From positions 64,001 through 128,000 of IMG/VR virus record IMGVR_UViG_3300022891_000002: a DNA stretch of 64,000 nucleotides. The stretch is one strand, 5' to 3'. This DNA comes from a virus. Shown here one piece after another: positions 30,446 to 38,851 of the stretch (position 1 is its first letter; each line of letters opens with the position of its first letter). Under the pieces are notes generated by a model. The model made no database searches and was not told the origin of the DNA. It saw only the letters and a list, made by a program, of their open reading frames with translations. Position numbers and translations under genes: made by a program.

Positions 30446-31245
30446 GGTTTTAGCTTCTTGTAATTGTTGTTCTTAACTAACTCATAAACTCCAAATTTCT
30501 CAAGAACTAATCTATCTAGTAGATGTATATCATAAGCATCTTCAAAGTTAAACAGACACTTAGATATAATTGGACACTCCATCATGAAACAATCCCTAAT
30601 AGCTTCACATACTAATCTAGTTTCTTTTTGAGCGGTTTCATGCAGTCTTTGATTGAGAGTAGTAATCCATTCTCTTAAAGTCCCATTGAAAATAATTTTA
30701 GTAGTTGCACATTCCGGAAGTAACATTCTAGAAGTTTCGCGACTTACTCCACTAGCTAAGCACTTTTCATAAGTAGATTTAATTTGACTAAGTATACTTC
30801 TACTTTCTTCTGTAGCCTCAGCTAAAATACGATTTTTTTCTTCATCAAACCAATTATCGTCTGATTGATAGGTAATAGTAGCTAACACTTCTTCACTACT
30901 TTGTCTATTATTTTTACATTGTTTTCTAAATTCTACCTCTTCAAAACTGGCTATCTCTGCATATCTTTGACTTAATTCCTGTGGACGTAGTGACCAATGC
31001 CGTAACAACTGTCTACCTACAGCTCTACTTGTAACAATCTCAATCCCTAAGTTAGTAGTTGTAAATACACTCCAATGTCCTTCTGAAATACAATGTCTTA
31101 ATAACTTATGTGGCTCATTAAATAACTCATTAATTTCTCTACTAGAGCTGAGTCTTGCTATTCCTACAGTTATCTCATCTAAAGATTTACCTTCGTACTC
31201 TGTCCCTTTATAACCTTCTGTCTTAGTTATTAATCTTACTTGCAT
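30442..31245 (-). CDS. thyX: FAD-dependent thymidylate synthase
   Basis: GHWSVF, TSRAVGRQLLRHWSLRPQELSQRY (RHx7S), RETSRMLLP and AQKETR motifs. Confidence 0.92.
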   Translation of the reverse strand: MQVRLITKTEGYKGTEYEGKSLDEITVGIARLSSSREINELFNEPHKLLRHCISEGHWSVFTTTNLGIEIVTSRAVGRQLLRHWSLRPQELSQRYAEIASFEEVEFRKQCKNNRQSSEEVLATITYQSDDNWFDEEKNRILAEATEESRSILSQIKSTYEKCLASGVSRETSRMLLPECATTKIIFNGTLREWITTLNQRLHETAQKETRLVCEAIRDCFMMECPIISKCLFNFEDAYDIHLLDRLVLEKFGVYELVKNNNYKKLKP

Positions 31246-31257
31246 TAGTTTAGCTCC

Positions 31258-32016
31258 TTATAGGTCATACATTCTTTCCTCTACTATTTGGTAACAATCA
31301 TCGTAATATCTAGCTTCTCTTTCATCTAGCATCGGATTATATTGATTCCAACATTCATCTTCTTTTCTTTCTCTTTCTACTTCACGTAACTCTTCTCGAT
31401 ACTCAGCTAGTTGTATTGCCCACTCTTCTAATAGCTCTCTTTTTCTTAAAGAACTGTGTCTAGGTAATTCATCATTTTCAAGGTTAACTTCATCACCGTA
31501 AAGATTTTCAAGATATTCCCATAGCAGAGGAATGAAGTATTTAGTAGAAGTCTTACTATATAACAGCTCCTTAAATCGAGGAAACTCTTTCTCATACATC
31601 TTATAGAGCTTGTCATTATTATCAATGCTAAACTCTGTATTTACTATTCTGTCAGCTAATTTAATAACTAAAGCTGCTTCATTATCTTTTATCTTAGGAG
31701 CAGTCTTTTCTAATATTTCTTTACGATTAGTTCCTTTCTCATTTGTAACTGCTAAAACTAAATCTGCTACTTTTTTACCAAATTGAATTAATAGAGTCTC
31801 ATAAGTAGTCTCTGTATCTTCAATGGAGTCATGCAGCCAACTAGCAGCTAAAATAGTTTCATCAGCAATTCCAAAATCTAGTAGAGTTAGGTATACTTCT
31901 TTTAGATGAACATAGTAGTCGAGTCTTTGAGGAGACCCGTCTTCGGAAGGTAGCTCCCCGTAGAACTGATTTCTATGAACTAATTTTGCGAATTCTTCAG
32001 CTCTTTTGACTAACAT
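31258..32016 (-). CDS. HD-domain small alarmone hydrolase (SpoT/Mesh1-like)
   Basis: AEEFAKLVHRNQ...YYVHL..V...AASWLHDSIEDT...FGKKVADLV..VT...IKLADRIVN. Confidence 0.82.
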   Translation of the reverse strand: MLVKRAEEFAKLVHRNQFYGELPSEDGSPQRLDYYVHLKEVYLTLLDFGIADETILAASWLHDSIEDTETTYETLLIQFGKKVADLVLAVTNEKGTNRKEILEKTAPKIKDNEAALVIKLADRIVNTEFSIDNNDKLYKMYEKEFPRFKELLYSKTSTKYFIPLLWEYLENLYGDEVNLENDELPRHSSLRKRELLEEWAIQLAEYREELREVERERKEDECWNQYNPMLDEREARYYDDCYQIVEERMYDL

Positions 32017-32025
32017 AATTCCTCT

Positions 32026-32325
32026 TTAAGGTAATGAATATAAATCAGATAAAAGAGAATCCAATCTTACTTTAGTGTCTTCTACCTGAAACTCTAAATA
32101 TTTTCTAAACTTCTCTAGAAAGTTATCTACCTCTTCTTTCATTTTAGCTATTAAAGGTTCTTCTCCAATTTCCCAAGTAATGACTTTGTTGTAGTAATGG
32201 TGATTAGTCCACCAAATATACTTGTCAAACTTTTTATGATAGATAGTACCTACCCAATTTTCACTCTCAAATTTACTTTCACAAGTAGATAGATAGAATC
32301 CTTTATATAAAAAAGTCTTCCTCAT
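32026..32325 (-). CDS. HicB-like domain protein
   Basis: FLYKGFYL...WVGTI...LIAKMKEEVDNFL. Confidence 0.45.
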   Translation of the reverse strand: MRKTFLYKGFYLSTCESKFESENWVGTIYHKKFDKYIWWTNHHYYNKVITWEIGEEPLIAKMKEEVDNFLEKFRKYLEFQVEDTKVRLDSLLSDLYSLP

Positions 32326-32747
32326 TAGTCCTCTCCTAAGTTACTATCATTCATCCAATTAAGACAACTAATAACTACATCCCCATGACACTTCTCATTC
32401 TCCTTACACCAACAAGCTAGTTTAAGAGGGTACTTATCTAGTTCTTGCTTAGACTTAACATTTCTTAATAACTCATTAAGTTCTTCTTTAGCTTCTGTGT
32501 TGTTTTGTACTTGCTCCCACAACCACCTTCTATACTTCTCTACTACTTCTTCTCTTGTACCATCTTTGTTAATATAAAATGGATTAGCTAATAGGCTTCC
32601 TAGTAATTCTGGATAACCTTTAGCTTTGATAGCTCTACCAATGTAAATAATATCTGGATAGTCTTTGGGTTCTAATGATAACTTAGTCAGATAACTTTTT
32701 ACTGATGGTTTCTTTATACAGACTCTTTTTATGTCTAGTTTATTCAT
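32325..32747 (-). CDS. DUF4326-domain protein
   Basis: IYIGR...LANPF....GTREEVVEKYRRW...LACWC....CHGDV. Confidence 0.85.
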   Translation of the reverse strand: MNKLDIKRVCIKKPSVKSYLTKLSLEPKDYPDIIYIGRAIKAKGYPELLGSLLANPFYINKDGTREEVVEKYRRWLWEQVQNNTEAKEELNELLRNVKSKQELDKYPLKLACWCKENEKCHGDVVISCLNWMNDSNLGED

Positions 32748-33082
32748 TTTACTATCTCCATTTCACTACTTATCCATCTATTGCTAGCATTTACAACATT
32801 TCTATCCCTAAAGAAAAGAGTAAACGATTCAGCTTTCTCAAAATTATCAAATAAAAACTGTAAATCTTCTGTATCTCCTTGGTCTGGACGAATCTTAAGT
32901 CCATAATCTGAATATTCAAATCTCACACTAAAGAAGAACCCGTTAATATAGAAACCCATACTAACTAAATCGCTATCTTTAGCTTTATTTCTTTCCATAG
33001 TTTCAATACCAGGAAAGCTTAGATGTAAATCTTTAGTATCTAGCCTTAAAGGATATTGCTTACCCCAGATAGTTATTTTCAT
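32744..33082 (-). CDS. Hypothetical protein
   Basis: N-terminus shared with 9377..9775. Confidence 0.5.
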   Translation of the reverse strand: MKITIWGKQYPLRLDTKDLHLSFPGIETMERNKAKDSDLVSMGFYINGFFFSVRFEYSDYGLKIRPDQGDTEDLQFLFDNFEKAESFTLFFRDRNVVNASNRWISSEMEIVK

Positions 33083-33405
33083 AATCTACTAATTTGAATA
33101 TTTAAAATAGTGTTTCTAGATTCAATTTTTTCTATTTTCTCTACTAACTCAGGTAAACTTTCTAATAGATTTTCTACTGAATATTGCTCACCATCTGTAC
33201 AAGGATATTCTTCTCCAGATTCCCAAGATAAGTAGATAGAATATTTCATCTTTTCTACTTCTTCACGAAACTTCTTTGTTAATAACTCAAAACTATCTTC
33301 CCGTACACTAATACCTAATTCTCTACAAATACCCCAATACTTATTATTTGGTTGAGCATAACATTCTAATTCATAACCTCTAAAAGTATAAATATTATCT
33401 GTCAT
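33079..33405 (-). CDS. HicB-like domain protein
   Basis: YTFRGYELE...YWGICRELG....DSFELLTKKFREEVE; likely start MTDNIY after AGGAG. Confidence 0.5.
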   Translation of the reverse strand: MTDNIYTFRGYELECYAQPNNKYWGICRELGISVREDSFELLTKKFREEVEKMKYSIYLSWESGEEYPCTDGEQYSVENLLESLPELVEKIEKIESRNTILNIQISRL

Positions 33406-33498
33406 AGTTAAGTCTCCTAAACACAACAAAGAGAGCTAAGAAGAACTGCCTCCTTTCAGTCATCTTTCCAACTCTCTGCTACTTCTATTACCGGATTA

Positions 33499-34449
33499 TT
33501 ATTCTTTACCAGTTAATTTAAGATAAAGATTATATTGAGCTTCTAATCTATCTACATAACTTTCTAATGATTTCTTTAAATCTCCCCAACTATTTTCTAC
33601 AAATGGAGTGGGATTATCAACTCCTCTAAGAATTCCTTTACAATATACTGGGTCATCCATTAATTCCAGGACTATTTCTTTATAAATCCAAGTCTCTTTT
33701 TCTTTCTTCAACTCTTCTAATTGAGCAGATATTCTAGCTTGTAGTTGTTCTAACTCTTGAATCTTCTCTTGTTTAGGAGTTAACATCTTTCTTTGTACTT
33801 TTTCTTTCTCTTTTACCACTCTTTCTATTCTGCTATCACAAAGCTGCTGTATTTCTCTTGTACTACTTGCAATACATTTAAAGATAGAATTCTTATGGAA
33901 CTGAACACTCCCAAAGAAACTATTACTATTAGCTCTCTCTCCTTTAATTATTACTTTGTAACCCTGATACTCATAATCTTTTTTAATTATTACTTTGTAA
34001 CCCTGATACTCATAATCTTTCCAATCTACCCAATCAGTACAATACTCATCTACAAATCTCTGAAACTTTGAGACTACTTTATCGTAATGAATACTTTCAA
34101 AACTTTTATTGTATGGTTTAAATTCTCCTATTTCTCCTATATAAAAAACTTTCTTATCTCTAGCTCTTTCTCTAGCGGTAAGAAACATTCTTTCCCCTTT
34201 ATAAGTAATTATACTGGTAGTACCTCTCCAAGCTCTTTTAATATCTTCATAAGTTAGGTCTTTCATATTCTTCTCCATTAGTTTATCTACATTAGACCTA
34301 AAATATTTTAGAATCTTCTCAATATCTGAGTTACCTGAATAATACTCTTGACCATTAACAGTGTAGTTAGCGGTATAATAGTTCTCTTTCTTCTTCGTAA
34401 CTGTTATAAAATGATTTTTGTACTTAAAGACTTTACCGAACTCTCTCAT
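33499..34449 (-). CDS. Protein with about four tandem HicB-like domains
   Basis: FKYKNH..FRSNVD; TYKGE..YIGEI..FQRFVDEY; EYQGYKV..FFGSV; IYKEI..CKG..LESYVD. Confidence 0.5.
   Translation of the reverse strand: MREFGKVFKYKNHFITVTKKKENYYTANYTVNGQEYYSGNSDIEKILKYFRSNVDKLMEKNMKDLTYEDIKRAWRGTTSIITYKGERMFLTARERARDKKVFYIGEIGEFKPYNKSFESIHYDKVVSKFQRFVDEYCTDWVDWKDYEYQGYKVIIKKDYEYQGYKVIIKGERANSNSFFGSVQFHKNSIFKCIASSTREIQQLCDSRIERVVKEKEKVQRKMLTPKQEKIQELEQLQARISAQLEELKKEKETWIYKEIVLELMDDPVYCKGILRGVDNPTPFVENSWGDLKKSLESYVDRLEAQYNLYLKLTGKE
33943..34020. repeat. Perfect 39-bp tandem duplication (in frame, KDYEYQGYKVIIK twice)
   Basis: TTTAATTATTACTTTGTAACCCTGATACTCATAATCTTT at 33943-33981 and 33982-34020. Confidence 0.95.
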
Positions 34450-34451
34450 AG

Positions 34452-35216
34452 CTACATCTCACTAGACAACTTCAATATCTGCTCAATAGAACTTCTATAC
34501 TCCTCTTTCATAGGTAAATCCTCATTTACCTTTAACCTTCTCCTAGTAGTCAAGACTTCTTCTTTAGTTAACGGGTTATAACCAGTCTTCTCATAAGTTT
34601 CCCAATAGATTCCAGTACCTCTTCTCTGCCAAGTAGGAACCTCATTGAAATTAATCCCATTCTCAAATAGAAGTTCATTCTTAAACTCTCTAGTCTTCTC
34701 ATCTAATATATTTGTAGCTTTTCTAGCTGAATGACCTGAACTTCTTAAAGTCCAGTAGCTATAACCATTTAACGCACATCTTGTAGCATCAGCTTGTCTC
34801 CATAAGAAATAGTCAACTACTTGAGATTTATTAACTAAAGAAATAAGTCTACTATCAAAACTAATTATTGAACCAGATAGATTAGTAAAAGTAGAACTAG
34901 CAATACTAGCAGAGATAGACACTAACTTCTCTACACTTCTATTAAATAAATCCCAATCTGTAGGAAATAAAATAGATATCTCATCACTTTCTGTGTAACC
35001 GTAAATTCCACCTAACTCAGTAACTAATGCTTTAGTAGTCTCAACCATCCAAGAGTGAAACGTTAAATCAAAAGGTTTATCAAATTTAGAGTTGTAGGTA
35101 AAATTAGAAAATGAACGTCCATCTACTCTAATTACTGTATAAGTCTCAGGAAGTAATTTAAGATTGTGGAAATACTCTAATGAACGCATTTTAGCTTCAA
35201 AAACATCATTATTCAT
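34452..35216 (-). CDS. thg1: tRNA(His) guanylyltransferase / Thg1-like 3'-5' polymerase
   Basis: VIRVDGRSFS, KPFD, GYTESDEIS, KLVSISAS, FDSR, YFLWRQADA and GINFN..P.WQRRG motifs. Confidence 0.9.
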   Translation of the reverse strand: MNNDVFEAKMRSLEYFHNLKLLPETYTVIRVDGRSFSNFTYNSKFDKPFDLTFHSWMVETTKALVTELGGIYGYTESDEISILFPTDWDLFNRSVEKLVSISASIASSTFTNLSGSIISFDSRLISLVNKSQVVDYFLWRQADATRCALNGYSYWTLRSSGHSARKATNILDEKTREFKNELLFENGINFNEVPTWQRRGTGIYWETYEKTGYNPLTKEEVLTTRRRLKVNEDLPMKEEYRSSIEQILKLSSEM

Positions 35217-35762
35217 TTAGCTCTCCTTTTTATACAACAAATCTCTCAACTCACTAAAATAAGGAACTAACGCTTCTATTCCTTCTCTTACAACTACCTT
35301 AATAACTTCAGCTTGACAGAAAGGAAAATAACCTGCAAAGGGGTCTTCAAAATCATCAAAATCTTTAGCATAAACTAATTTCTGAGGATTTTCTTTTAAG
35401 TGTTTATACCACAACATTACGTAATACTGAATTCCATAATCGTCTATTACAAAACTATTACCTTGTTCGTTAGACTTAACTGGTAGATTTAACTTTCCTA
35501 TTTGCCAACTTACCTGTCTTATTCTCAGTTTTTCACAACTTTTAACATCTCTCCAACTAGAAGGGGCATCACAAGTATCAAATCTCTTTGCACATTGATA
35601 ATGGTTCTCGATTGAATCTTTCTTGCCAAACGCAGTTACATAACAAAAGAAGGGACTGAACTCTTTATTTCCTTTAGAGTGACATTGAAGAATCCTCTTA
35701 CCCTCTTCAACTCTAAATTCACCTTCAAATACTTTCTTGTACATATTAATTCTCTCTAGCAA
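35217..35762 (-). CDS. Putative NADAR-related (DarG1-like) protein
   Basis: LQCHSKGNKEFSPF...SIENHYQCAKRF...YYVMLW..HL..NP...FEDPF....CQAEVI resembles DarT1-associated NADAR antitoxins. Confidence 0.4.
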   Translation of the reverse strand: MLERINMYKKVFEGEFRVEEGKRILQCHSKGNKEFSPFFCYVTAFGKKDSIENHYQCAKRFDTCDAPSSWRDVKSCEKLRIRQVSWQIGKLNLPVKSNEQGNSFVIDDYGIQYYVMLWYKHLKENPQKLVYAKDFDDFEDPFAGYFPFCQAEVIKVVVREGIEALVPYFSELRDLLYKKES

Positions 35763-36165
35763 AATGGTCGTAATATACTAACTCATCTTCTTCATTTAGA
35801 AAACCGTAAACACAATACTCCTCATTAAAATCAGAGGTACTTGTAACTTCTCTTATTTCACTTAAATTACCAGGAACAAAAGGATAGAAACTTCCCCATT
35901 TCTTGTGATAAAACTTTCTACTATAAATTGGTCGAGTATTAGTCGTATCACTAAGTATTCGTTCTGGCCTATTAAAAGTTATATCGTCGTTCTCATTAAT
36001 GACATAGCCAACAGCAACTTTTATAGGTCGGTAAACTCCAAACTCAATATTGTCTTTATAAACTGGTCTAAGTATCTCTTTTCTTGACGGAACTCTTTCT
36101 ACTACTGGTTCTTCTGATTCTGGTTCACTTTTAGTTCCAAAGAAATAGCCACGAAACATTCCCAT
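35746..36165 (-). CDS. Hypothetical protein (family with 42233..42526 and 44951..45586)
   Basis: Twice-repeated VG(Y/F)L(N/D)xxxxxx(F/Y) motif. Confidence 0.55.
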   Translation of the reverse strand: MGMFRGYFFGTKSEPESEEPVVERVPSRKEILRPVYKDNIEFGVYRPIKVAVGYVINENDDITFNRPERILSDTTNTRPIYSRKFYHKKWGSFYPFVPGNLSEIREVTSTSDFNEEYCVYGFLNEEDELVYYDHFAREN

Positions 36166-36180
36166 AATAATTCTCCTAAA

Positions 36181-36345
36181 CTAACTACCAATCAAATCAT
36201 TTACTTGTTCCCGAAAACTCTTCTCTAATCCATCCTTACTCTTACTAGATATATAAATTCCTAACTTTTCACATTCTCCATCATATTGTTCAGACATTGA
36301 GTTATAAGTAATAACTAATTCGTACCCTTTATAGCTGTAATACAT
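36181..36345 (-). CDS. Minimal HicB-like protein (54 aa, not in ORF track)
   Basis: MYYSYKGYELVITYNSMSEQYDGECEKLGIYISSKSKDGLEKSFREQVNDLIGS. Confidence 0.6.
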   Translation of the reverse strand: MYYSYKGYELVITYNSMSEQYDGECEKLGIYISSKSKDGLEKSFREQVNDLIGS

Positions 36346-36352
36346 TTTTATG

Positions 36353-36508
36353 CTAACTAACAGAGTTTACGTATCTAACAAAATCTCTCTTCAACTCATC
36401 CTCATAATCAAAGTTATTACTATAATTCAATTCTCTACAAGTACCGTAATAGATACAGTTATCTTTGAAATAAACTAACTCGTACTTTAGATAGAAATAA
36501 CTATTCAT
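36353..36508 (-). CDS. Minimal HicB-like protein (51 aa, not in ORF track)
   Basis: MNSYFYLKYELVYFKDNCIYYGTCRELNYSNNFDYEDELKRDFVRYVNSVS; GAGGAG RBS. Confidence 0.55.
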   Translation of the reverse strand: MNSYFYLKYELVYFKDNCIYYGTCRELNYSNNFDYEDELKRDFVRYVNSVS

Positions 36509-36525
36509 TGTTTTTCTCCTCTCCT

Positions 36526-37065
36526 CTAATATAAATAAAATACAGGATTCATTAAATTATAGTTTTCGTAATCTGTACCTAATATATCTAACAACTTTTG
36601 AGGTACTTCATCTCCAAATAAACTCCTAGACGTAAAACAAGACTTCTCATCTCTACTAAAGAAATACTCTAAACCTTTATTCAAAATCATTTTCTCGCAG
36701 AAATAATACCAGTTAAGAGAATATATCTCAATTAGGAAACGTAGAAGCTCGTTAATTTTGTATTTACTGATATTAAGTTCATTTAACTGAATAGACTCAA
36801 CAATCTCTTTACTGTTAGATAAACAAACTACAGCAGGATAAATATAAGAAGAATCTAATTTGTACAACTTATACTCAATAGCAGTAGATAAATAATTAGG
36901 GATAGATTTATAAGTTTGCTGGTTTCTATTAGCTAACCAATGATTGCTCTTTAAATCTACTAAATATTCAGTTCCATTTTCAGACCGAACATTTGGTGAG
37001 GTAATACTGATAGCAGGTAAACCAAACCTACCTTCTTTAGTGTCAAATATAGTGTCTTGATTCAT
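36526..37065 (-). CDS. Hypothetical protein, paralog of the C-terminal domain of 37989..38699
   Basis: Shared IFDT..LP..SI..GTEY.VD..S..WL...TAIE.KL...SRDEKS.F....LFGD...VPQKLLDIL..D...NP.FYLY. Confidence 0.65.
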   Translation of the reverse strand: MNQDTIFDTKEGRFGLPAISITSPNVRSENGTEYLVDLKSNHWLANRNQQTYKSIPNYLSTAIEYKLYKLDSSYIYPAVVCLSNSKEIVESIQLNELNISKYKINELLRFLIEIYSLNWYYFCEKMILNKGLEYFFSRDEKSCFTSRSLFGDEVPQKLLDILGTDYENYNLMNPVFYLY

Positions 37066-37070
37066 TTTGT

Positions 37071-37352
37071 TTACTCCTCATCTAATAAATAGAATTCAAT
37101 ATAAGTTCCATCCGTAAAGATAAATCTATTCTTCCCCTCTACTTTTTCATTACTCTTAATTATTTTACCTAAATAAGATTGAGATAAATTTAACTGCTCA
37201 CTAACTGGAAAATAATAAGGATAAAGATTGTTACCTTTAGCAAACATTAATAGTAGATAGTAAGGAGTTCCATAACCACTATCTACAAGTAAGTCTGATA
37301 CTAAGCCATACTCAATCTTGAATAATCTAGCTCCATTTAATTTATCCGTCAT
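37071..37352 (-). CDS. Hypothetical protein
   Basis: 93-aa coupled ORF. Confidence 0.5.
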   Translation of the reverse strand: MTDKLNGARLFKIEYGLVSDLLVDSGYGTPYYLLLMFAKGNNLYPYYFPVSEQLNLSQSYLGKIIKSNEKVEGKNRFIFTDGTYIEFYLLDEE

Positions 37353-37657
37353 TTGATTCTCCCTCGATATTGATTATGTAACCTATCCAACACTTCAATA
37401 ACTTCCGGTAAAGCTTCTGGATAATAACGAAGCATAGAGTTGAACAAATCTTGAGCTAGTATCTCTTGACCATATTGAATCTGTTCTTTTTCTTTTATAG
37501 CATTATCAACTAATTTTTTAAAATCTTTCTTTAGATAATCTGTGTCTGAACTCGTATCTTCATACCCTAATTCTTCACATTTTCCACTGTAATAATAGCC
37601 ATGAAATTCTACAACTAGAAGGTAGCCTTTATATAAGAAATTATTATTCTCTTCCAT
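37349..37657 (-). CDS. HicB-like domain protein
   Basis: FLYKGYLLVVE...YYSGKCEELG...LKKDFKKLVD. Confidence 0.55.
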   Translation of the reverse strand: MEENNNFLYKGYLLVVEFHGYYYSGKCEELGYEDTSSDTDYLKKDFKKLVDNAIKEKEQIQYGQEILAQDLFNSMLRYYPEALPEVIEVLDRLHNQYRGRIK

Positions 37658-37671
37658 TTTGATTTTCCTCT

Positions 37672-37884
37672 TTATTTGTTAACTGACTGATAAAAATTCT
37701 CATCCCAAGAAGACAATAATTCTGCTGTATCTTCATCGTCAAATACTTGAATTAGTGCATCTACAGCATTTGATATTTTCTCTACTCTATCTGATGAATT
37801 TAATCCCCTATCACAATCTCCTCTAAGAGCAATACTTTTACCAACACATTCCATGATTTTTCTTTCACGACGAGTTAATAACAT
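37672..37884 (-). CDS. Hypothetical protein
   Basis: 70 aa, AAGGAG RBS. Confidence 0.5.
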   Translation of the reverse strand: MLLTRRERKIMECVGKSIALRGDCDRGLNSSDRVEKISNAVDALIQVFDDEDTAELLSSWDENFYQSVNK

Positions 37885-37916
37885 TGTTTTCTCCTTATTA
37901 ATTAGTAGAAATAGAA

Positions 37917-37976
37917 TGTAGACATTTCTTGAAATCTGTGGACTATATTTAGTACAAATTTTAGAAAAAGTCTACA
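37917..37976. repeat. 60-bp intergenic imperfect palindrome
   Basis: TGTAGACATTTCTTGAAAT...ATTTTAGAAAAAGTCTACA; same 60-bp span as the sites flanking the helicase-like gene. Confidence 0.65.
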
Positions 37977-37988
37977 CTCCACTATTGT

Positions 37989-38699
37989 TTAATACAAGTA
38001 GAATAGTGGATTAGCACACATATAATTACCAAAATCTGTATCTAAAATATCTAGTAACTTTTGTGGCACCACATCTTCCTCTCTAGCACAATACGTGTCC
38101 CCAAATAAATCCTCTGTTTCAAATTTAGATTTCTCATCTCTACTAAGTAGATAGGCTAACCCTTTAGTATTTATTATTGCTATACAAAAATCAATCCACA
38201 TTTCAGGATTAATTTCCAGCAGTTGACGTAACACTTTATTTACTACTTCTCTCGTTGCTTTTAGTTCTGACTGTTGGATAGATTCAATTATCTTAGTGTC
38301 AAAAGTAGTATAAGAAGAAATACTGTACGCACCTAACTTAAACAATTTACTCTCTATAGCAGTAGCTAAATGCTTTGGTACATCTTTATTACAATTACGT
38401 CCCCACTGTAACCAATAACGACTTTCTACATCTACTACATACTCTGTTCCCTTAATACTCACAACAGGTAAACTAAGAAACTTTTTATGAGTATCAAATA
38501 TATCTGCTCCTAATTCTTCTATTCTTTCGTCTACTAATTGTTCAAATTTCTTTTTTAGGTTAGATACGGTATCTGTAGTGAAATTATACTTGTACTGGTC
38601 TACTTTTACTAACTCAACAATTTCCCCTACTAGACAATTTCTATCTAAATCAGTTGTTATTTTAAGAGTAAAACCTTCGTATCTTAGTGTATCAGTCAT
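37989..38699 (-). CDS. HicB-like N-terminal domain fused to a domain paralogous to 36526..37065
   Basis: LRYEGFTLKITTDLDRNCLVGEIV...FTTDTVSNLKKKFEQLVDE, the closest match here to the HicB consensus. Confidence 0.6.
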   Translation of the reverse strand: MTDTLRYEGFTLKITTDLDRNCLVGEIVELVKVDQYKYNFTTDTVSNLKKKFEQLVDERIEELGADIFDTHKKFLSLPVVSIKGTEYVVDVESRYWLQWGRNCNKDVPKHLATAIESKLFKLGAYSISSYTTFDTKIIESIQQSELKATREVVNKVLRQLLEINPEMWIDFCIAIINTKGLAYLLSRDEKSKFETEDLFGDTYCAREEDVVPQKLLDILDTDFGNYMCANPLFYLY

Positions 38700-38717
38700 A
38701 AATTTTGTTTCCTTTTT

Positions 38718-38779
38718 ACTGTTACTTTTTTATTATCAGCTAAATCCACTAAGCCCACAGATTAATAAAAATTACCGCA
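38718..38779. repeat. Left bipartite site (arm B - spacer - arm A) flanking helicase-like copy 2
   Basis: ACTGTTACTTTTTTATTA...ATAAAAATTACCGCA; inverted copy at 40641-40702. Confidence 0.85.
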
Positions 38780-38791
38780 AATTATCTAGAG

Positions 38792-38846
38792 TTGCTACTT
38801 TTTAAATAATTTGTGATATACTATAAAGGTACACGAATTTACCGCA
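38792..38846 (+). promoter_or_regulatory. Promoter of helicase-like copy 2 overlapped by extra arm B and arm A half-sites
   Basis: TTGCTA...TGA-TATACT (extended -10); arm B TGCTACTTTTT at 38793 and arm A TTTACCGCA at 38838-38846. Confidence 0.55.
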
Positions 38847-38851
38847 ACTCA

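Noticed and set aside
38813-38851. GTG start at 38813 for helicase-like copy 2
   Set aside because: It overlaps the predicted -10 box and arm A half-site; ATG 38852 fits the paralog better.
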